Assembly (NCBI GenBank): GCA_965603825.1
Contig: CBFDEM010000021.1
Coordinates: 124,001 to 188,000, forward strand
Reading direction: 5' to 3'
Length of the DNA: 64,000 bases
Origin: Blepharisma stoltei ATCC 30299
Lineage: Eukaryota > Protista > Ciliophora
Position numbers and translations under genes: made by a program. Below are positions 55,795-64,000 of the stretch, piece by piece. The notes under the pieces are model-generated. The model searched no databases, was not told the origin of the DNA, and saw nothing but the letters and a program-made list of their open reading frames with translations. Within the stretch, counting starts at the first letter, position 1. Each line of letters begins with the position of its first letter.

Positions 55795-56226
55795 ATGGTG
55801 AAGCACAACAATGTGGTTCCCAATGCACATTTTCACAAGGACTGGCAGTCATATGTAAAGACTTGGTTCAATCAACCAGCACGCAAACAGCGTCGACGTA
55901 AAGCAAGAAGCTTAAAGCTGGCAAGATCAGCCCCAACTCCTCTCAAAACTCTAAGGCCGATTGTTCATGGTCAAACATTGAGATACTCCGCCAAAGAAAA
56001 ACAAGGAAGAGGGTTTTCTCTCGAAGAACTCAAAAAGGCTGGACTTACCGCTCAGTTTGCAAGGACAATTGGAATCAAAGTTGACCACAGACGTAGAAAT
56101 AAGAGTGCAGAGACACTACAAAAGAATGTACAAAGGCTCGAGCTTTTTAAGTCAAAACTCACTCTTTACCCACTGAAGGCAGGAAAACCAAAGAAAGGGC
56201 TAGTTAATGACGCAGTCAGTGCATAA
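55795..56226 (+). CDS. RPL13: 60S ribosomal protein L13 (eL13), C-terminally short (143 aa)
   Basis: [52 protein letters not shown]. Confidence 0.9.
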   Translation: MVKHNNVVPNAHFHKDWQSYVKTWFNQPARKQRRRKARSLKLARSAPTPLKTLRPIVHGQTLRYSAKEKQGRGFSLEELKKAGLTAQFARTIGIKVDHRRRNKSAETLQKNVQRLELFKSKLTLYPLKAGKPKKGLVNDAVSA

Positions 56227-56327
56227 ACTTAATAGCTTTCCTCAATAGGTTTTTAATATTTTCTTTATGGAATGCTTAATTTAGATTATCATTAATTTAA
56301 ACTACACGAAAAAGTTTAAATAAAAAT

Positions 56328-57563
<1,236 letters not shown>

Positions 57564-57590
57564 CATTTTATAATATTTATAACTCATTAG

Positions 57591-58652
57591 TTATTCTTCA
57601 AAGCCTAACTCGAAATCAATTAAAATTTCTGGCCCCAGGCTGCATCCGGTTAGTTCTAGTGGCTTTTCTGTTGAAAAATTCCCTGGCCATATCCTGGAAG
57701 GATGAATTTTATCTCCAAGCAAATTTAATTTTTTATAAGCACAAGCTACAAGTTCAGAACAAAAGTACCCTTCTTCAGAGCCTGGCTCTAAACCTTTACT
57801 TTTTTTGAATATAGCTTTAGCTAGTCTATATTTTTTCCCAGACACTTCTGTCAGAAATTCTGCAGTTGAATCTAAAAATTGGTCAGTTCTCTCAATATTA
57901 AGTTTTCTATAAACGAGTCTAGTATACAACAAATGCCACTGATATCTCATAAAATCTTCCCATAAAAGCACTTGCACTCCAGTTTGGCTTGTAGATTCAA
58001 GTAAAGCAACCTGCTCATCTTGCAATTTTAATAAAAATGCTACATGGTCATATTTACTCCCAGTCACTGCTCTTTGCATTTTTGCTGGTATTGACTTACT
58101 TCTAAACAGCAAGACGTCCCCGGTCTGCACAATGTCTCTAAATCTATCATGACTAATCCTCGGGTATCTTCAAAATTCTTTTTTGATCGTTACCATATAC
58201 TTTTGCTGCTTAAACCCTTCTGAAGTTTTTATATGCTTTTTAAGAGCATCAACTCATTCTTTGATTTCTCCAGCTGTGTTCCCTTTGAGTCTAAAGACTC
58301 TTTTAGAGCCTAAAGGCTTTAAGACCAGCTCTTGAGGGGTTTCTGGGTTATCAACATTGATGTCTACTGTTATTTGGTTGAAATTTATAGTTGCCCGGGG
58401 CTGCTGGTCATGATCATTGTTATAGTAAAAAAGTACATGGTCTTTTAATACAAAATACCTTCATTGCCAACGCTTAATAAGGTGTGTTGATTTCTTACGG
58501 AGCCATCCTGCTTTTACAATAAGATCTTCTTCACCTGAAGATGAGCTAGAAAATGATATTGATCTTAAATCATTTAGGTCTGATTGAGTGTCAGAATCAG
58601 TTTTTACAAAATTTTCCTCTTTTGAAGTGCCAATTTGAGGGTCACTATCCAT
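57591..58652 (-). CDS. PH domain fused to a permuted papain-like (NlpC/P60, YiiX/YaeF-type) amidase, 353 aa
   Basis: KAGWLRKKS...KRWQ(W)RYFVL...EIKE(W)VDAL; QTGDVLLF...TGSKYDHVA...YFCSELVACAY. Confidence 0.85.
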
Positions 58653-58800
58653 AACTAGATAAATTTCTAATAATATGTTAAGCGAATTCCGTTTAAATAT
58701 GCTGAAAAATATGTTAGGTTTAGTTTTAAGTGATAAAATTAATATTATTATAGTTTACTTCATAATATAGATATAGCCATGCAGCCAAGGGTTATTTTTT

Positions 58801-59610
58801 TTAAACAGCATTCAGTTTACTATCACAAAGCAAAAAAAATTCTTCATATGAGCCAAAAAAAATCATACCTCCAATCGTGATATAAGCCAATCTAATTTCC
58901 CATCCGGTCCATAAAGCTTTTATCCCTTCTTTTTTGTATATTAGTTTAATAGCTTGTATAAAACTACTATAAATGCCTTTTCCACCATCAGTCATCAATC
59001 TAGTTTTTACTACATCAATAGGTGTTGTTATATATGCTGCCACAGCTCCAGCTATTGCTCCATCAATTAAATGCTTATGAAGGCCCATTTCTAGCCCCAA
59101 GTAGTCTGAGCTTTTCAAATGCTCATATAAAACAATTTGTAAAGTTTCAAAAGGAACCTCCCTAAAAATCATAGGTATTAAACCGGTATATAGCCCAAAA
59201 AGTCCTTGATTCCGCACTATTTCTATAGGAGCATTGATAGCGTTTCTATGCATTCCAGTCTGCATTTGCTGCTTTATTAGTTCGAAAGGATTTCTCATTA
59301 CTGATGCACAGAAGCTCCCAAAGATTCCTGCATATAAATTTATGGCAGTTTGGGGGATATTTAATGTATTTGATTCTAAAATATGTTTTAAAGTGCAATA
59401 GCTTGCCCAAAATGTAGCAGAGCAAGGAAAAGATGCCGCCACTGCTCAGCTTAAACCTTTGAAGAATTTTATATTTTTAACTTGAATATTAGCTTGTACT
59501 TGAAGCCTTGTTTTAATTGTGTCTAAAGGAAATAATGTAATTTCTACTGCACATCCAGCAAAGCCTCCAGCTATAAGCGATGTATAAAATGTGCTAAGAA
59601 TATCAGTCAT
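58801..59610 (-). CDS. Mitochondrial carrier, S-adenosylmethionine carrier-like (SLC25A26/Pet8), 269 aa
   Basis: [39 protein letters not shown]; start at 59610, read through one TGA. Confidence 0.88.
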
Positions 59611-59731
59611 ATTTATTGAAATAATTTATATGGGTAAATGAATAGCTATTTATGAAAAATATCCAAAAAATAGGATAACGATTATTTTAAATCAAAGGAA
59701 AATTAAATTATTAAATATTAAATGCAACGGA

Positions 59732-60778
59732 TTAGGATCTATGTGTCATAGGCACAGCAGAATGGAATGAGGAGGTTCGATGAAGCTTTAAACCAGGAGT
59801 TGAATTAATAGAGAAATCTGTGGAGATTCTTTTACTATGAATTCGTTTTGCAATACTTAGCTTTTCTGGCGATATAGAGTGTCGAGAATAAACTGGCAAT
59901 AAATTTATAAATTTATCATTTATATTTCTATGATGCTCATAATGGAGTAACGGTCTTAGTCTTTTTTCCAGTTGTGTCACCTCTAAGCATTTATCTTCAT
60001 ACCTTGCTTTATAATATGATATATGAGGCTCACTTTTCCCTAGAAAATCCCCACCACTCATTGCTGCATTATAAATTTCTTCTGAATTAATTTTAATTAC
60101 TTTTATTTCCTCATCTCTTTCTTTCAATTTCATTTTTAGCTGTTTTTTTTTAATTTTTAATTTTTCGATTTCTCTCTTTAAATTTTCAATTAATTTTGCA
60201 TCAAATTTGATAGACTTTTTCAGACTATTAATTTCATTGATAAATTTGATTTTTTCATTGAATTTTATATGGGTTTTTAAATCTTTATTAAAAATAACTC
60301 CGCTATCACTCTTTATAGCTTTATTTAGGTCAAGTGATTCAAGGTCACGAATTTGGATTATGTCATTTAGTGTAAAATTATCAGCTTTTAGGCTTTCTAT
60401 GGTTTCTTTTGTTTCTTTTTCATATCTTAGATGAGATTTTTCAAGCGTTTTTAGCTTTGATTCTGTAATTTCAAGTCCTTGTTTAAGCTGGTTTTCGAGG
60501 TCTGTATGAAAATTTATGCTTTCTTTAAGTTGAGAAATAGTGGCTTCATAGGTAGTTATTTCATTGAGGATTGATGGATTTATATTTTTGAGTTTTATAT
60601 AAGTGGAAAGGTGTTTGGAAATTTCTTGAAGTGTTTTAGATGGAGAAAATGAGCGAAATTCTTCTAATTTTTGATTATAGATATCGTGATCAGCTTTAGA
60701 TTTATAATAATCTTTGAGGAATGAGGAATATATAGAAGAAATTTCAAAGGCTAATTGCAAATTTATTGGATCTTCCAT
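59732..60778 (-). CDS. Coiled-coil hypothetical protein
   Basis: 348-aa ORF rich in heptad patterns. Confidence 0.7.
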   Translation of the reverse strand: MEDPINLQLAFEISSIYSSFLKDYYKSKADHDIYNQKLEEFRSFSPSKTLQEISKHLSTYIKLKNINPSILNEITTYEATISQLKESINFHTDLENQLKQGLEITESKLKTLEKSHLRYEKETKETIESLKADNFTLNDIIQIRDLESLDLNKAIKSDSGVIFNKDLKTHIKFNEKIKFINEINSLKKSIKFDAKLIENLKREIEKLKIKKKQLKMKLKERDEEIKVIKINSEEIYNAAMSGGDFLGKSEPHISYYKARYEDKCLEVTQLEKRLRPLLHYEHHRNINDKFINLLPVYSRHSISPEKLSIAKRIHSKRISTDFSINSTPGLKLHRTSSFHSAVPMTHRS

Positions 60779-61241
60779 AATTTATTCTGGTATTAAATTG
60801 ATGTAATTTATTAAAATACAAATTTGGCAATGTATATTTAAGAGAAATTGGCTTCTATTAATTCCATATCTTATATTTTTATTAAAGATTTTTACAAAAT
60901 TATTATCAATATTCATTAATTCATTTTAATAGTTTTTATTATTAAATTTATATCTTTTAATCATTTTTTAAAAATATTTGGCTTGCAAACTTCAAAATTT
61001 GATGACTATCAACTTATAGCCAAATTTCCCTGGCCTACATACAAATATGGCGGAAATTATTTTTAACGTTAATCTGCCGTTAGCTGATAATGCACCTCTT
61101 CTCTCTATCACTTAAAAACCATAAAAGCCTCTACTTTCTGCTTCTCAAATACCACAAATTTAACTATTATTTTTATTATTTCACTTTTAACTGCCATTAC
61201 AAAGATTTAATATCCATAATTCATATTGTTATAAATTAAAA

Positions 61242-61739
61242 ATGCTCAAGTTATCATTCTTAATCCTCACAATAGCTCTAGTCTCAGCAGACCGTCCTAA
61301 AATATTTAAGAGTCAATTTTTACAAGAAATCAGAGATTTCGAGACTGGTCTAAGAGAAAAATCTGGGCCACTTGTCGATCCTCCAGCTGGACATGGGCTA
61401 CCTGAATTTTCAGATATTCCGTTAAACTTGGAACCAGATCAACTAAAGGCTGAAATTAGAGCTTGGAAACTAGCAGAGCAAGCAGCAGAAACAGAATTTT
61501 ATGAACAAACAAATCAAGCATTAGTTAATGCACAAGCCAAAAGAGATGCTTGCACTAGTAAATATACAACTCAAGAGGAAATAGAAGAGTGCCAACAGAA
61601 AGCAGAGCTTGAAATTGAAGCTGTTGAAAATATGATCACTGACTTGCAAGGCTCACACGCCGCAGAAGAAGAAGCTTTTGATAGTGCAATTGAAGCAATC
61701 CTTGAATATCGTGAATTGAACAATGACATTGAAATTTAA
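61242..61739 (+). CDS. Secreted acidic alpha-helical protein
   Basis: Signal peptide MLKLSFLILTIALVSA; E/A-rich helices with one Cys pair. Confidence 0.7.
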   Translation: MLKLSFLILTIALVSADRPKIFKSQFLQEIRDFETGLREKSGPLVDPPAGHGLPEFSDIPLNLEPDQLKAEIRAWKLAEQAAETEFYEQTNQALVNAQAKRDACTSKYTTQEEIEECQQKAELEIEAVENMITDLQGSHAAEEEAFDSAIEAILEYRELNNDIEI

Positions 61740-61879
61740 TTAATTTTTCTGATTTTATGAAAATTGTTTTTTATAGAAACTTGGGGAAGTTAGGGATATG
61801 CTAACTTTTTTGCCTATTTAACATTAATTTTTCCATTATGTATTTTTTGTTTTTTCTTCTGGAGTTTTATTTTCTTCAA

Positions 61880-62520
61880 TTGCTCCTTATTGAATTTCTT
61901 GATATTTGTTCTCTTCATTCTCCTCTTCTTCTCTTCTAAATAAATCATGCTTCAGCTGCAATTGCTTAATCAAAAATAGAATAAGATTGATAATCTTCTG
62001 CTAGAAAATGACTTTTTAAATAATTCTCTAAAACCTAAATAATCAGGACGATCTTCAAAACCAAGCTCTTCTATGATATAGTTAAATTTGGTTTCGATTC
62101 CTTTGGAAGGCCTTTGCATAATTCTCTGGATGATATATATATGCTTTTACCCAACATTTATCATTTGTTTGATATCAGTTAAAAATCTCCTCATCTTTTC
62201 ATGACAAGTCTCCTTTTAGGAAGTTTAGAAATGTATATCCTAACGATTCCAGATCATCTTTTCTTGCCTGCTCTTTCCCAATATGAGTTATTATTGGCGC
62301 ATACTTTGCTCTGCCAGCAAAATGCTTTCCTTTTCTATTAGGATTGGGGTTCCGTAATTTTTAGCGAGCCTGTATAACATATTAGACATATTAGAAGATT
62401 TTTTGGGTTCCTTTACCTCCTTAAAGAATCCTGTAAGCTCTTCTTATAATGGTAGATCCATTTTTATAATGAATCATATCTATAGTAGTTTCACAATGTT
62501 TGAAAGTCAAGGAAACTTAA
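61880..62520 (-). pseudogene. Decayed casein kinase 1 pseudogene
   Basis: RLAKNY, GKHFAGRAKYAPIITHIGKEQARKDDLESLGY...LKGDLSW, ELCKGLP and LGFEDRPDY occur in CK1 order but in shifting frames; no N-lobe or HRD motif. Boundaries are approximate. Confidence 0.8.
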
Positions 62521-62865
62521 GAATTATGGTTATGCAATTTTAAATTTTCAATTTGATAAATTTAAAAACATTATAAAATTAACAATTTTAATGCTCTGGA
62601 AGAAATTTTTGAGGGCAAGATTAAGTAGAATAAAATAATAAAATAATTAAGAGATTATATAACAGAACTATAGATACCAAACTAATGGAAATTATATATA
62701 TTTAAAAATAAATATTTATTTTATTTTATTAAATTACATTGAAATTGCATTAATTTTATAAGTCACTTGTAAATATAATTTAAAACCTTTTTACCATCAA
62801 AAATTTCCTACTATCTCTTCTTAACAATTTTCTCTCCCCTTTAACTCATTTATTCCATAATAAAT

Positions 62866-64000
62866 ATGATCGCTCCAGTGGTTTCTCGCCAAGGCTCCTT
62901 TCAAGAGATGAAAGACATAGAAGGCCCATCCATGAATCCAGCTGAAAACCAAACTACTTTCTTTAACAACGATACAGATCGGGATCCCCCAATTCTGATT
63001 CCCAAAGTCCCCATCCGCGAAAAAGTAATTCAATTCCTCGACTCCTATTTCATGATGGCTTTTATGGGACTTTTAGCAATTTACACCCTATTCGGTGACG
63101 ACATTCGGTCTTCATCCTTTCCCAAATCGACTGACGAAACTTTCTTTGCAATAGCCACCACTTGTTTTGCTATTTTCAGCTTAGAGTTCCTGATCTGCTG
63201 TATCTGCAAGAAAGATTACCCTTTTTCCTTTTATTTTTGGCTGGATTTAGTGTCTACACTATCTTTAATTCCAGACATAGGCTGGATGTGGGACCCTATT
63301 ATAGGGGTAAAAGACGACGATGATTCGCAGCATGAGTCCATGTACAAGCAAGCTAACCAGCAGTCAAGTGTCGCTAAAAGTGCTACCAAAGTATTGAGGA
63401 TTGTAAGACTTATAAGATTGATCAGGATTGTAAGACTCTATAAAAACGCTTCAGCAGCTGTAGAAAAGCATGAGTCAGACAGTGAAGATGAAGAAGAAAT
63501 CATAATCCCTAAAGAGTCACAAGTAGGGAAGCAGCTCAATGATTTGACGATAAAAAAAGTCATCATCATTATTTTGTGCCTGCTTTTTATACTCCCTCTA
63601 TTTGACACTGAGATGTGGACAACTAAACAGACTAGCTGGGATTACGGCCTTCAAGAAATAGAAAAATTCAAAGATGAGCCTGAAAACGTCTATACAGTCA
63701 TTAGCAAATATATTTCTTTTCATGAAGATGATGATAGACCTATAATTTATTTCATTCTTGTAAATCCCCAGCTGAAATTATTTTACAGCTGGTCTACAAC
63801 TACTGAAGTAAGCTCTTTAAGGTATTATGAAAAGCATTTTGCGACTGGAGATTTCTCAGTAGCAGTTTTTGACTTAAGATATGACACTAAATTTGCAGCA
63901 GAGCTAAACATTTATCAGACACTTTTTATATGTATTGTACTCACATTAGGAATTATTTATTTTTCTAAAGATGCTGATGTTCTGGTGATAAAACCAATTG
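62866..64000 (+). CDS. Ion-channel-like membrane domain of an alveolate K+-channel/adenylyl cyclase (AC-alpha type), 3'-partial (absent from the ORF track)
   Basis: YTLFGDDIR, YPFSFYFWLDLVSTLSLIPDIGW, S4-like KVLRIVRLIRLIRIVRLYK, ESQVGKQLNDLTIKKVI. The cyclase domain would lie beyond the window. Confidence 0.8.
   Translation, partial: MIAPVVSRQGSFQEMKDIEGPSMNPAENQTTFFNNDTDRDPPILIPKVPIREKVIQFLDSYFMMAFMGLLAIYTLFGDDIRSSSFPKSTDETFFAIATTCFAIFSLEFLICCICKKDYPFSFYFWLDLVSTLSLIPDIGWMWDPIIGVKDDDDSQHESMYKQANQQSSVAKSATKVLRIVRLIRLIRIVRLYKNASAAVEKHESDSEDEEEIIIPKESQVGKQLNDLTIKKVIIIILCLLFILPLFDTEMWTTKQTSWDYGLQEIEKFKDEPENVYTVISKYISFHEDDDRPIIYFILVNPQLKLFYSWSTTTEVSSLRYYEKHFATGDFSVAVFDLRYDTKFAAELNIYQTLFICIVLTLGIIYFSKDADVLVIKPI

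Noticed and set aside
61047-61082. ATGGCGGA...TCTGCCGT inverted repeat in a divergent promoter region
   Set aside because: An isolated 8-bp stem relying on G-U pairs; not enough for a call.

Overview
Gene-dense, AT-rich eukaryotic DNA, almost certainly from the macronuclear genome of a heterotrich ciliate, best matching Blepharisma. In-frame TGA falls at invariant Trp positions (UGA=Trp; only TAA/TAG terminate), and introns are only 15-16 nt (GTA...TA...AG). The supplied ORF track therefore splits many genes and misses some. After re-reading with UGA=Trp and tiny introns I find about 40 protein genes. These include a P4-ATPase, NDUFB7-like protein, pseudokinase-ANTH-TKL kinase, TRAPPC1, GlyRS, TAF10, triple-domain PNP, E2, SNF1/AMPK, GBP, BAR-GRAM-VASt protein, centrin, AIRAPL-like protein, SDR, SMPDL3, WIPI, kinesin, CKS1, Asterix, PIG-V, MCM2, RPL13, TTLL1, PH-papain amidase, SAM carrier and an ion-channel/adenylyl cyclase N-terminus. 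There is also a decayed casein kinase 1 pseudogene. Most interesting are four things: (1) a single-chain 'pseudo-trimeric' purine nucleoside phosphorylase in which only domain 1 keeps the catalytic residues and only domain 3 keeps the loop normally donated in trans to a neighbour's active site; (2) an unassigned ~270-nt GC-rich, multi-hairpin RNA candidate downstream of CKS1; (3) a dual-start GlyRS with a mitochondrial-type presequence; (4) E2F-like boxes in front of the two cell-cycle genes. Product calls come from motif recognition by eye, not database searches.
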